Origin: Malacoraja senta
Taxonomy: Eukaryota
Assembly: GCA_038087875.1 (NCBI GenBank)
Contig: CM075989.1
Span: 24,120,001-24,184,000, forward strand
Length of the DNA: 64,000 nucleotides
Direction of reading: 5' to 3'
Shown here piece by piece: positions 23,622 through 37,451 of this stretch (within the stretch, counting starts at the first letter, position 1; each line of letters starts with the position of its first letter). The notes beneath the pieces were generated by a model. The model saw only the letters and a program-made list of their open reading frames with translations, had not been told where the DNA came from and made no database searches. A program made the translations under genes and the position numbers.

Positions 23622-25395
23622 TAGTCATACAGCGAGGAAACAGGCCCTTCGGCCCAACTTCTGCCCAACTTGCCCACACCGGCCAACATGTCCCATCAAC
23701 ACTAGGCCCTTATATCTCTAAACCTGTCCTATTAATGTACCTGTCCAAATGTTTCTTAAACGTTGCGATAATCCTAGCCTCAAATACCTCCTCTGGCAGC
23801 TTATTCCATACACCCACCACCCTTTGTGTGGAAAAAGTTACTCCTAGGGTTCCTGTCAAATCTTTCCCCCCCCCTCACCTTAAACCTATGTGCTCTGATT
23901 CCCCGACTCTGAGCTAGAGATTCCATGCATTTACCCGACGTATTCCTCTCATGATATCTTTTCTTAATATTGCTGCATTGCTGAAGGTGTTTCAGTATTC
24001 TGTGATTTGTGCTTCTTTAAAAGATATTTGGACAGGTACATGGATAGGACAGGTTTAGAGGAATATGGGCTAAACGCAGGCAGGTGGAACTAGCGTAGAG
24101 CATGGAATCAAACTGTGTGGAAACAGGCCCTTCGCCCCATCTTGCCCACACTGACCAACATGCCCCATCCACACTTGTCTCAACTGCCTTGGTTTAGACA
24201 GGTTGTTGGACATGATATCTTGGACAAGTTGGGCCAAAGGGTCTGTTTCTGCGCCGTATAACTCCATGAGTCTAAATATAGTGTTCTGCATTAACTATCT
24301 TCATTTCATCAACACTATCTTCAATGATGTATCTTCCTTTGGGATAACTCAAGGGAAGAGATAAGACTTTTTTGCCTTCCATCACAGTGAGGGGCTGCCT
24401 GGAGATTCATTGTGATGGATGTTTGTGTTAAATTGTGTTAATTGTGTGTTTTGGTGCTTTTTACTGTCATGATGCCTGCACCTTAATTGGCGCATGTGAC
24501 AAATAGATGTGAACTTGAACAGTGCAGTGGAAAGTTGTGATTGTGTTAATGTGGAAAGTGAAAGCAATGTTTCAAAACATGGGTGAAGTTCCTGGTGAGA
24601 TAAACACATTGGTCAGAGTGGTATCCTGGTAGTTCTTGGCCAATTAGAGTTTGAAGCTGAGTTCTCTAGTTTCTTCCTCCACTCTCAACACCAGCGACAC
24701 CTCGTTGGTTTTTGGTTTTTGTGGGAGTTTCTGGCGTTGCCAGAGATTACACAGCTGCTCGTTGGAGCTGATGACTTTTCCTGAACAGTATTTTGTTCCA
24801 ATATTCATAAGAAACGTGGACATTTCTTGGCTTTTCGTTACATAACTGTTTTAATGTAGAATAAGCATGTCCGAAGAAATTGTTGTAGTTGGCTTGTCAC
24901 AAAATAATTAGTAAGGCGATGGCCTCAAAGGTGTTTGCCAGTGAATTAGTGCCAGATAGCACAGAACAGGCCCTTCAGCCAACTAGTTTATGCTGACCAA
25001 GATGGCCCATGTAAGCTGGTTCTATTTTTCCACAGCTTGTTCCATATACCCACCACCTTATGAATGGAAAAAGTTGCCCCTTAGGTTCCTGTTAAATCCT
25101 GCCCATCTCACCTTAAACCTATGTCACTGGTTCTTGATTTCCCTACCTTGGGTAAAAGATTACGCATTCAGCCTTTCTATTTCCCCACTTGCCGGCCAAC
25201 ATGCCCAGTCCACCTGCCCGCGTTTGGCCCACATCCCTCTAAACCTATCCTATCCATGTACCTGTCCAAATGTCTCTCAGATGTTATGATCACACCTTCC
25301 CCAGCATCAACCCACCAACTTTGTGCAAAAACAATTGTCCCTCGGGCTCCTGTTTACATTCCCCCCCCCTCACCTTAAACCTATATCCTCTGGAT
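23622..25395. mobile_element. Cluster of HER1-like CR1 3' fragments in both orientations
   Basis: Repeated ggaaacaggcccttcggccca / atgtacctgtccaaatg motifs at 23622-23955, 24020-24270 and 24955-25395. Confidence 0.65.
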
Positions 25396-27867
25396 CTGGC
25401 ATTATTTTGAACAAATGTGTTTTCAATTGCAGGAGTAATAAAGTGACTTTATCTGGTGGAAATAATAATCAGTTCAGGAAGTAATCATGTGTGCCCCCCA
25501 AAAGGGGATCATATTAGAGCAAAGGGAAAGAGTTTCTTTTTGAGCAGTGTGAAAACCAATTGTGTTCACTCCACTGTTATCAGGCAACTGAACCATCCTA
25601 CCAACAACTAGAGAGCAGTCCTGAGGTACCATCTACCTCATTGGAGACTACCTTCTATCGGAGTTTACTGGTGTTTACCTTGCACTAAACGTTATCCATA
25701 TTATTTCACTGTGGACAGCTTGATTGTAAACGTGCTTAATTTAGAGATACAGCGAGGAAACAGGCCCTTTGGCCCAACAAGTCCGTGCCGACCAGCGATC
25801 ACCCCGTACGCTAACAAGATCCTACACACACTAGGGACAATTTACATTTATACCAAGTCAATTAGCCAACAAACCTGTACGTCTTTGGAGTGTGAGAGGA
25901 AACCGGAGATCCCGGAGAAAACCCACGGGGAGAACGTGCAAACTCCGTACAGACAGCATTCGTAGTCGGGATTGATCCCAGGTCTCTGGCGCTGTAAGGC
26001 AGCAGCTCTACCCGCTGCACCCCCGTGCTGCCTATGTCTTTCCATGACTGGATGGCACGCAACAAAAGCTTTTCACAGTACCTCGGTACACGTGAAATTA
26101 AACTAAACTAAATACTAAAATACATGCATGTGGTGAAGTTGATTGTTAGTGTCGAGTTTTAATGTGGTCTGACATCTGTTTTTAAATGTTTTCATCAGTT
26201 TTGGACATGTGCCTCCACATCACTGAAGTGACTGGAGTTTAGCCACTGGGCCGGTTACAGCATTGGTTCAGGCAACATCTGGTAGCTGAGAGGCTGTTGG
26301 AAGTGTTCTCTGCTGTGCAGCGATGATAATTTAGTATTGGAGCCTGAAGCATAATAATGGTGTGAGTGAGCAGATCCTGTTTGGAGTAAAGGCTTCTCCC
26401 CTTAGCTTGCCGATTCTTGTCATGAAACTGGGAACTGCTAAGAAAGGTTAACAATGGTGGTTTGACGAGACTGCAGGCAGTTGTCTTATTTTATCTGGCA
26501 CATTGGAGGCCAAGTCAATGGATATTTCTAAGGCAGAGATAGGTAGATTCTTGATTAGTAAGGGTGTCAAAGATTATGGGGAGAATGGGCAGGAGAACGG
26601 GCTTAGGAGGGAGAGATAGATCAGCCATGATTGAATGGCGGAGTAGACTTGATGGGCCGAATGGCCTAATTCTGCTCCTTTCACTTATGACCTTACGAAA
26701 GGGGCGGCACGGTGGCGCAGCGGTAGAGTTACTGCCTTACAAGGCCAGAGACCCTGGTTCAATCCTGACTACAAGTGCCGTCTGTATGGAGTTTGTACAT
26801 TATCCACATGACCTGCGTGGATTTTCACTGGGGTTTTTGGATTTCTCCCACATTCTAAAGGCGTGCAAGTTTGTAGGTTAATTGGCTTGGTATAATTACC
26901 GGGAAATCGGTGGTGGACTTGTGGGTCTTTAATTCAAACATTTCAGAATTGCATTCATACTTTGATCTGACAATGAACTGCAAATCCATTTCCTCCAGCT
27001 GATATTTGTATCTTCCCCCTGTGATATCTCGAAGACCTTTTTCTAATCAAGGTGGTGATTTTGCTTTGCACAACAAGTGACTTTTGCAAGGTGCAAACCC
27101 TAGTTGACGACCAGTGTAAACAGCCAGGGTGCTGGCCAGGTGAGAGGAATCTAGCAAGCAGAACACATCAACTCTGAAAGGGGAATAAATACCTTTTTAC
27201 TTCTCTTTCCACCACTGCCAAGTATTTTTTTTAAAATCAAATGTATTTTGAAAACTTTTGACAGTTTTCAAGAGAGTTGCAGGTAACTCCAAAGTTATGT
27301 GAGGTTTTGTGGAACATTTTTCATCTTTTTACTTTAACAGTGAGATTTTTCTTTTGAAGCTGTGAGCTTTAACTTGATGGATCGTCCCGTCACTCCGAGC
27401 TTCAGTGAATGTTTGTGGCAGATACAGTTTCCCGCATACACCATTCAGATCTGCTCACTGCCGTGCTACAGCTGTTTGACCTGACAGCAGCTCCGACTGA
27501 ATTACTTCCAAGTAATCACTAAACACTCGGGGGAACTAGCATTTTTTTTCTCTCTTCTTAATGTAATAATCACATTTTCACTGCCTGTAGCTGTTGAATG
27601 AAACTCTACCTCGGCAAATGTAACTCCACTAACAAAGCAGTGAGAGAGAAGCTACAGCCTGCTGAGCCTGACATCAGCAGCGACGAAAATGCTTGAATGC
27701 GTTATTAAAGAAGATAGAAGCAAGGCACTTTAAATAAGTAAGAGGATTATCCCTCAACAGCATGGACTTCAGAAAGGGAAATTATGTTTGACAAATCCAT
27801 CAGAGATTTTTCTGGAGGCTATGATGTTGACGTGGTTTTTTAGACTTTGAGAAGTTTGACAAACTAA

Positions 27868-28116
27868 TGGGCCAGTCCCACTTACGTGACTTTTTCGGCG
27901 ACTTCCAGCACCCGTCTTGGGTCGTTGCAGGTGCCGAAAATGTTCAACATGTTGAAAATCCAGCGGTGACGAGAAAGTCGCTAAAACTCTTTGGGCGACT
28001 GAGGAGACGACTCACGACCATACAGGTGACACGCCGGTGAAGTCTGTATGGTCCTGAGTAGTCGCCCAAAGAGGCGTACCTTGTTCTGGTCGCTGCTGGA
28101 TATTCAACATGTTGAA
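27868..28116. mobile_element. PIF/Harbinger-type palindromic MITE, right arm truncated
   Basis: TAA|tgggccagtcccactt terminus; internal inverted arms (ttcaacatgttgaa, ctctttgggcgact/agtcgcccaaagag, gaccataca/tgtatggtc). Confidence 0.65.
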
Positions 28117-28354
28117 ACACTACACCAGCGCTATCCTACAGACTACACTTTACAATCTTTACCTAAGCCAATTACCTACAAACCTGCATGTCTTTGGAGT
28201 GTCGCAGGAAACCGGAGCATCTGGAGAAAATCCACGCGGTTACAGGGAGAATGTACAAATTCTATGTATATAGCACCCGCAGTCAGGATCGAACCCGGGT
28301 CTCTGACGCTGTGAGGCACCATGTTCAACATGGGACAGATGTATTTCCCTGGAT

Positions 28355-28425
28355 TCTCCCCCTCCCCTCTCCCCCTACCCCTCTCCCCTTCCCCCCTCTC
28401 CTCTTCCCCCCTCTCCTTCCCCCTC
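28355..28425. repeat. Polypyrimidine (CCCCT)n-like low-complexity tract
   Basis: Nearly pure C/T on the + strand. Confidence 0.8.
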
Positions 28426-30246
28426 GGTCCACCAATCACCTGCAAACCCCTCTGCTCTTTTCACTGGTAATCTTACCTCTCCATTCCCAGTCTCAATATA
28501 GGGATTCGACTAGAGATTTTATTTAGAGGTATAACACAGAAACAGGCCCTTCGGCCCACCGAGTCTGTGCCGACCAGCGATCCCCGCACACTAACACTAT
28601 CCTATACACATGGGACAATTTACAATTTTACCAGTTCAGTTTAATTTATTGTCACATGTACCATGGTAGATTGAAAAGCAACCAAAGCCAATTAACTTAC
28701 AAACCTGCTCATCTTTGGAGTGTGGGATGAAACCGGAGCACCCGGCAAAACCCACGCAGTCACAGGGAGAACGGACAGACTCCATGCAGGCACACCCGTA
28801 GTAAGGATCGAACCCAGGTCTCTGACTCTACCGCTGAGAAATGGACAATTTCTCCCATCTGATGCTGTTTTTCCCACTGAGTTGCTTCAGCAGATTGCTC
28901 ATTGGTTTTTTAATGTAACGTTCAAATACATGACTGGTAAAATATATTGCATATTACTATATCAAATATTACTTAATAAAAATGTTTAAGTGATCAAAAT
29001 AATAGTTTTTAGTGTGCATTGGTGTCAGTATGGATACATCCCTTTCACATAAGAAGCTGGTTCCATGGATAATTTGATATATCGTGGTTTATGTCCACAA
29101 CCATCCTATCACCGAGAGAGTGGTCCTCTACCTCAATGAATATTCGTTATTCTCTTTGCATTTGTTGAGTTGAACCTTTTGCTTGGTCTTCCTCCAACAT
29201 TAAAGTTAAATTATCTCAGTTTTAAAATTAGTTTGTCAAAGATGCAATGAGACAAATGAAACCCCAAGGCCTGGATAGAGTGGACGTGGAGAGGATGGTT
29301 CCACTAGTGGGAGAGTCTAGGACCAGAGGCCACAGCCTCAGAATAAAAGGATGTAGCTTTAAAAAGGAGACGAGGAAGAATTTCTTCAGCCAGAGGTTGA
29401 TGAATCTGTGGATTCATTGCCACAGATGGCTGTGGTATCCAAATCATTGAGTATTTTTAAGAAGGGTTAACAAATTCTTGATTACCACAGGGTATTGGGG
29501 GTTATGGAGAGAAAGCAGGAGAATGGGGTTGAGAGGGAAAGATTGATCAGCCATGATTGAATGGCGGAGTAAGGTTGATGGGCCAATTCTGCTCCTATAA
29601 CTTATGAAACTTGAAGGTCAGCATCTTAGCCCTTGGTGGTCTAGTCGTGTATTCAAGCACAGCACAACAGTAAGGTTTCAGCTGGGATAGTCTGTGCATT
29701 ATACAGACAAATATTCATATTGCTGGAAGACCAGAAAATACCAGAAACTTCCCGCCTGAATTCACCTTTAGAATCGAGGGAACAAAACTCACGGTACGTC
29801 CGAAGACATTGCCTACAATTATCAATTCTTTCCCCATTTGTGCACGGTTGATGAAGGTCTTCAGGGTAATAAGTGGGTCCATTGCAGTGATTATGTAACA
29901 TAAATGAAGGAAAATAGAAAGACACAGGATTCTAAGTACTGAGGGCTGGAAGAGTTTGGGAGCATTAGTGCCTATGTTTTTCTGCCCTTGGTAGTATTTG
30001 GGGGTGGCCCAGTGATGGTGTAATTTGTCATTCTAACAAGGGTCTGACTACACACTTAATGCAACTCTCAATTCTAGCTCACCCTGCAGTGGCCTCTCTT
30101 GCTGATTACGAGTCATGCTTATTTAAATCTGATTCATTCATTCTGCAGATGAATCGATTTGGGGTTTGAGTCATTTTTCAGCGACCAAACTTGCAATAAC
30201 TGTTAAATTTCAATACTGAAAATATGCGCCTACCACCAACGTGACA

Positions 30247-30547
30247 GTTTAGAGATACAGCGCGGAAACAGGCTCCTCGGCCCATTGAGTCCACGCCGAC
30301 CAGCGATCCCCGCACATTAACACTATCCTGTACACACTGGGGACAATTTACATTTACCAAGCCAATTAACCTACAAACCTCTACATCTTTGGGGTGTGGG
30401 AGGAAACCGAAGATCTCGGAGAAAACCCACGCAGGTCACGGGGAGAACGTACAAACTCCGTATAGACAGCACCGGTAGTCAGGATCAAACCCAGGTCTCT
30501 GGCGCTGTGAGGCAGCAACTCTACCGTTGCGCCACCGTGCTGCCCCT
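30247..30547 (-). mobile_element. Full-length HE1-like V-SINE
   Basis: Complete consensus on the minus strand. Confidence 0.9.
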
Positions 30548-30917
30548 GGGCATAGAGAAATTTGTGAAAGAATTCAATAAAACAAATATAATTATTGAAA
30601 GCTGGAAATTATTGAATTGTTGAAATTATATTGAGGAATAATAGTATGTACTTTGTATTCATTTTATTGTTAATTTCAATTTGTATTTAGTGTGTGTCAC
30701 TGCATTGGTGAAGTGGTTTACAGTTGTCGGGTATGCAGGCTTCTTGGCTTTACAGCCGGGGCTTAATCGAGCAAATGCAACTGCTAGTCAACCATTCAAA
30801 AGAATTTACAGCAGAGAATTTCTGCATGGACAGAAAATCCACTGTGGAAAATGCTTAAAGCATTGCAAAACAAAAGTGACTATCATGTATGTCACACCTA
30901 TTAGTCAGCCACCCTTG

Positions 30918-31325
30918 CTCAGCGGTAGAGCTGCTGGCTTACAGCGCTTGCAGCACCGGAGACCCGGGTTCGAACCCGACTACGGGTGCTGGCTGTATGG
31001 AGTTTGTACGTTCTCCCCGTGACCTGCGTGGGTTTTCTCAACGATTTCAGCTTTCAATAATTGTATTTGTTTTATTGAATTCTTTCACAAATTTCTCTAT
31101 GCCCAGGGGGCAGCACGGTGGCGCAGCAGTAGAGTTACTGCCTCACAGCGCCAGAGACCTGGGTTTGATCCTGACCACGGGTTCCTCCCACACTCCAAAG
31201 ACGTACAGGTTTGTGGGCTAATTGTCCCTAGTGTGTAGGGTAGTGTCAATGTGTGGGGATCGCTGGTCGGTGCAGACTCGGTGAGCCGAAGGGACGGTTT
31301 ACGCACTGTTTCTCTAGACTAAAAA
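30918..31325 (+). mobile_element. HE1-like V-SINE carrying an inverted local duplication
   Basis: SINE consensus broken at ~31040-31175 by the reverse complement of 30478-30609. Confidence 0.8.
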
Positions 31326-31864
31326 GAAACAAAACTAATGTCAACTGAGTGTTGACCAAGTTGACCAACGCACAACCTCTCGATCACAAATGTTTCTTGT
31401 AATTCTCTACCAGGTCATGCATAGCTATGACCACAACACAATGGCTGATTGTTTTATCAAAATAAACTTATTTTACCTTGCGTTATATAATTAAGATGAA
31501 ATAATCACACCCCTCTAATAATACAGGTGTAATTATTGGTAATTGAACAGGTTCAGGTTACTCTGCATTTAATTGATGCTTGGGACAGGCCTTTGTAGAT
31601 TAGAATATGCTGGCTTGTTTCAGGTATAGTTTAGTTTAGAGATGCAATGTGGAAACAGCCCCTTCGGCCCACCGAGTCCCTGCTGACCAGCGATCCCACC
31701 ACACTATCCTCCACCCACGAGGGACAATTTGCATTTATACCAAGCCGATCAACCTACAAACCTGTAAGTCTTTGGCATTTATACCAAGCCACTTTATGTG
31801 CAAGTGACGAATAAAACTGATTGTATTCTATATTGTATTGAGTGTCGGAGGAAACCGGAGCACC

Positions 31865-32399
31865 TCAAATTTGGTCCCCTAATTTGAGGAAGGACATTCT
31901 TGCTATTGAGGGAGTGCAGCGTAGGTTTACAAGGTTAATTCCCGGGATGGCAGGACTGTCATATGCTGAGAGAATGGAGCGGCTGGACTTGTACACTCTG
32001 GAGTTTAGAAGGATGAGATGGGATCTTATTGAAACATATAAGATTGTTAAGGGTTTGGACATGCTAGAGGCAGGAAACATGTTCCCAATGTTGGGGGAGT
32101 CCAGAACCAGGGGCCACAGTTTAAGAATAAGGGGTAACCCATTTAGAACAGAGAGAAGGAAACACTTTTTCTCACAGAGAGTTGTGAGTCTGTGGAATTC
32201 AATGCCTCAGTGGGCGGTGGAGGCCGGTTCTCTGGATACTTTCAAGAGAGAGAGCTAGATAGGGCTCTTAAAGATAGTGGAATCAGGGGATATGGGGAGA
32301 AGGCAGGAACAGGGTACTGATTGGGGATGATCAGCCATGATCACATTGAATGGCGGTGCTGGCTCGAAGGGCCGAATGGCCTACTCCTGCACCTATTGT
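31865..32399 (+). mobile_element. CR1 3' fragment nested in an HE1 SINE (31627-32530, minus)
   Basis: WSPNLRKDILAIEGVQRRFTRLIPG..; host SINE resumes at 32400; cacc repeated at both junctions. Confidence 0.88.
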
Positions 32400-35255
32400 C
32401 ACCCAGAGAAAACCCAAGCAGGTCACGGGGAGAATGTGCAAACTCCGTACAGACAGCACCTATGGTCGCGATTGAACCTGGGTCTCAGGCGCTGTGAGGC
32501 AGCAACTCTACCACTGCGCCTTTGTGCCACCCCATGGAGCCTAGCTTTTAAGGGTATCTTTAATTCTCTAATGAGTATATCTGAAGTATTATTCTGTGTG
32601 TTGATGGATGTCTGTGATATTTATTATTAATTGTTGTACTTCAACCAAAGATCATGCATGGGTCTACACTTCCTGCCTGCCTACAACTGGATTATTGGTG
32701 AACCTAATAAGCCACATTCATATCTATTTGGCTTTCTATCAATGAACAAAAGAGCTTTGTTTTCAGCCTCCATGGATCCAAGAGGGAAATTATCTTTATT
32801 GGTAATTGAATACTTATTAAATCTTGCACTATCTCCTCCATCTTGACATGAAAAACCTCTACAAATATTATTTTTTGATAGTTTCTGGGTGGTCTATCAG
32901 TGTGTGGCAACCTGGTTTTGCATGTTGATACAGTTACAGCTCGGTGAATACAAGGGCCATCGTACATGTCTTGGTTGTGCATGATGTTATAAAAAGATTT
33001 CATGCATTTTGCATCTGTAGGCACTTTAGCAAATGTTAACTGCACCTAATGTGGCAGATTATTTTCTCCATTATGGCTGAACTCCATAACATCAATCCTG
33101 CCAGTCCCCTTCCAGGGCTACAGATCAATCTCCAGCTGGCTTGTCAGGTTTAGAGGAGTGTGTCAAAAGAAGGGGTGTCCAAATAGAGTCTAAGAGGCCA
33201 TACATCAGACAAATGTGGAATCGGAAAATAGGTGCAGGAGTAGGCCATTCGGCCCCTCGAGCCAGCACCGCCATTCAATATGATCATGGCTGATCATCCA
33301 AAATCAGTACCCAGTTCTGGCTTTCTCCCCACATAACTTGATAACTGAAAGATTGAAGAATACTGCAAGCAGCACACCAGTGTAGCTGGCAGAGCCGCTG
33401 CCTCACAGTGTAGAGACCAGGTTCAATCCTGACTTCTTTGTGGAGTTTGCACGTTTTCCCTGTGACCGTGTGGGTTTCCTCCGGGTGCTCCAGTTTCCTT
33501 TCGCATCCCAAAGACGTGCGTGTTTGTGGATTAATTGGCCGATGTAAAATTGCCCTAAGTGTGTAGGGAGTGGATGCAAAATTGAGGTAATGGGGAATTA
33601 GTGTGAACGGATGGTTGGTGTGGACACGGATGGGCTGAAGGGCCTGTTTCCATGCTGAATATATACACTGTTCTGGAGTAATTCAGTGGGTCAGGCAACA
33701 TCTCTGGAGAACAAAGAATGTTGCCCTTTCAACATGTAAGAAACATTTAGACAGGTACATGGATAGGACAGGTTTAGAGAGATATGGGCCAAACGCAGGC
33801 AGGTGGGACATGTTGGTTAGTGTGGGCAAGTTGGGCCAAAGGGCCTGTTTCCACACTGTATCACTCTATAAGGTGCTGCCTAACCAGCTGAATTACTCCA
33901 GTACCATGTGTCTATCTTCAGTATAAACCAGCTCTGCAGTTCTTTGTTTCTATATTCTCTGTTCCCAACCTAAACCAAGAGATAATAAATATAACTGTCT
34001 GTAAGTGTGTAGGATGGAACACATCAAATGCTAGGTTTACACCAAAGATAAAGACAAAGCTGGAGTAACTCAGCGGGACAGGCAGCATCTCTGGAGAGAA
34101 GGAATGGGTGACGTTTTGGGTCAAGACCCTTCTTCAGACGGACTGTAACGCTGATTAAGAAGTCCACACATAATGACTGTGTCGTCCCAGCACATTACCA
34201 CATATTGGAGAGGTTGTAGGCTAGCTTTGTTAATTAAAACCTGATGCCATTGGCCTGCGTCTCATCTTTGGCAGAACTCTTCCAGCTCTCTTCCTGAATC
34301 TATCCTGTGAGATTCCGATTCAGCCAAAGGCCTTTTCGTGGCGTGTCCAACACACAGGAACCTGCCAGCTTTCTCTCTGCTTCGAGTTTGTCCCCAGATG
34401 TTTCTGCAAATGTCAATTAGTCATCTGTTTAGATCGGTTAATGTGTGAAAATCTGTCGCTATGCAATCTTTTGCTTCTTTTGCTTTTAATCTTGACTCAT
34501 TTGCACATTCAAAAAGAATAATAACATAATATAACTAACTGTAAGACTGATTAAGAAGCCTTCACTTCATGACCATGTGGTTCCATTTCATTACCACATC
34601 TTGGAGTGTTGGATCCTGACCTGAAACGTTGCCTATCCACCCCTTCCACAGCTGCTGCCTGACATGCTGAGTTCTTCCAGCACTTTGTGTTTTGAGCAAG
34701 TTTCCAGCAACTGCAGTTTCTTGTATCTACATTCAGAAAGAAGCTGTTTTCACCATTTCAAGTTGTTATGAGGTGTGTTTTAGGTACAATCACCGAATCG
34801 GTGGTATATTGGATTCCAGTTGCATGTTAAACCCATTATGGTATAGCATGTAGAAACCAAGAACTGCAGATGCTGGTTTACACAGTAGGACTCTGGTGTG
34901 GCACGGTGGCACAGCGGTAGAGTTGCTGCCTCTCAGTGCCAGTTTGCCAGAGACCTGGATTTGATCCTGACTATGGAATCTACCTGTACAGAGTTTGCAC
35001 ATTCTCCCTGTGACCACGTGGGTTTTCTCTGGGTGCTCCGGTTTCTTACCACACTGCAAAGACGTACAGGTTTGTATGTTAATTAGCTTCAGTAAAATTG
35101 TCTCTAGTGTGTATGGGATAGTGTTAGCGTATGGGGATCGTTGGTCAGCATGGGCTGAAGAGCCTGTTTCTGCACTGTATCTCCAAAGTCCAAAGATGCA
35201 GAGTGCTGGAGTAACACAGCAGGTCAGGCTGCATCTCTGGAGAACATGGATAAGT

Positions 35256-35543
35256 CAAGTCAAGTCCCATTTATTTATATAGCACATTTAAAAAACAACT
35301 CTCGTTGGCCAAAGTGCTTTACATTTGTTATAAGAATAGCACAACAAAACAAACTACATACATATATACATGTAGCCCTCACTCAGAGGACGTCAGGAAA
35401 GGCTTGGGAGTATAGATAAGTCTTTAGTCTTGACTTAAAAGAGTCGATGGAGGGGGCAGTTCTGATGGGAAAGGGGATGCTGTTCCACAGTCTAGGGGCT
35501 GCAACCGCAAAGGCGCGGTCGCAAAGGCGCGACGTTTGCGGTT
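35256..35543 (-). mobile_element. L2-clade LINE 3' end inserted in a PLE repeat
   Basis: DRAFAVAAPRLWNSIP..IRTAPSIDSFKSRLKTYLYSQAF is an L2 C-terminus; aataaa and (ACTTG)n tail. Confidence 0.85.
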
Positions 35544-36072
35544 GATGTTTCAGGACAGGACAGTGCTGCCTGACTCGCTGAGTTACTCCAGCACTTTGTG
35601 TCCCATGGTAATCTAGGGACCTGCTGCATCTACCAATATTACTTTTCCTATTCTGGGACAATTCCTTGCCTAAATATGGTTCCATGCGTAAAATGAAAAA
35701 TTAATTTCCACTGTAACTTTAACATTCAGCAGACTGAACACATCTGCCGTGTTACATCTTCAAGGATTAACTAACATTGAATAACAAGGAACTGAATCAC
35801 TTGATGTTCCTTCATTAATGAGGGATGTATGGATCCTGAAAATGAATGCAGCCAAGAATGTGCAGGGATGTATGCCAGGTTTTATTTAGCAAGTGATTGT
35901 CGAGTAGCCATGTTCCATATCACCGGCACAAAGTAGTTCAAGACACCTTTAATTTTTGTTAGTCTCAGATGTAGTATTTATTGTCAATTCAACAACCACG
36001 CGGAAACAGGCCCTTCGGCCCACCGAGTCCGCACCGACCAGTGATCCCGACACACTAACACTATCCTACTCA

Positions 36073-36521
36073 TATGAAGAAAGACTAGATAGACTCGGCT
36101 TGTACTCGCTAGAATTTAGAAGATTGAGGGGGGATCTTATAGAAACGTACAAAATTCTTAAGGGGCTGGACAGGCTAGATGCAGGAAGATTGTTCCCGAT
36201 GTTGGGGAAGTCCAGGACAAGGGGTCACAGTTTAAGGATAAGGGGGAAATCTTTTAGGACCGAGATGAGAAAAGCATTTTTCACACAGAGTGGTGAATCT
36301 GTGGAATTCTCTGCCACAGTAGGTAGTTGAGGCCAGTTCATTGGCTATATTTAAGAGGGAGTTAGATGTGGCCCTTGTGGCTAAAGGGATCAGGGGGTAT
36401 GGAGAGAAGGCAGGTACGGGATACTGAGTTGGATGATCAGCCATGATCGTATTGAATGGCGGTGCAGGCTCGAAGGGCCGAATGGCCTACTCCTGCACCT
36501 ATTTTCTATGTTTCTATGTTT
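36073..36521 (+). mobile_element. CR1 3' fragment nested in an HE1 SINE (35998-36740, minus)
   Basis: YEERLDRLGLYSLEFRRLRGDLIETYK; (TTTCTATG)n tail; ctactca duplicated at 36066-36072 and 36522-36528. Confidence 0.9.
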
Positions 36522-37451
36522 CTACTCACGCTAGGGACAATTTTACATTTCTACCAAGCCAATTAACCTACATACCTGTACGTCTTTGGAGTGTGGGAGG
36601 AAACCAAAGTTCTTGGTGATAACCCACGCAGGTCATGGGGAGAACGTACAGACAGCACCCGTAGCCAGGATTGAACCCGTGTCTCTGGCACTGTAAGCGC
36701 TGTAAGGCAGCAACTCTACCACTGCGCCAACGTGCTACCCATTGCAACAAAATATATATATTTTCCTGGGCAATAATCCATCAATTATTCAAATATTTCT
36801 GATAATGTGATCCATTAAAAGGGTCACCATCGCCTCTTTCGATTTAGTTGTCAGAATAAAAGTGCAAAATGTCTTGAGCAGGGAACAAAACATGGATAAC
36901 GATCACCAGCAACGAAAAATCAAAAATAATTCTTGATTGAAGTTATCAAGCCAGCTGAAAGAGCTGACGTGATTATATAACACGTTTTCAGTGCCTGCAA
37001 TTTTTAGCCTAATATTTCAGGAACTGTATCGGGTTTAAATTATTTTCTTGGCAAAATTTGCGGCTACGATTGAGTGGAATTTTCTCTCGGTTCAGCAGAA
37101 AACAGCTGCTTGAAATTTAAATAGCAAAGGAACCCATAAAAGTCAAATAAAAGCACCCTTAAATATGATGAAAGCAGGTGGTACACCAAAACATTGGTGC
37201 AACAGATTATTTTTTTTCTCTAAATGATTGAACCTCTGACAAAGACAGTAAAATGTGTTGGGAATTATTACAGACAGGACAATAAAGGAAAATCATGAGG
37301 ATTATCCAAACAATTGTTTCTCAAAAAATTGTGGAAACAATCGCAAGAAAATCACAATTTATATCCAAAATTTCCATTTTTGTTTTGTATTTGAATTTGT
37401 ACTTTTGCTTCAGCTTTGACTGTTCCATTGAGAAACATACAGTGAGGATTA

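Noticed and set aside
29682..29793. AG...GT-bounded segment with open frames
   Set aside because: Weak pyrimidine tract, stop in the phase-0 frame needed to join the upstream exon, no recognisable protein.
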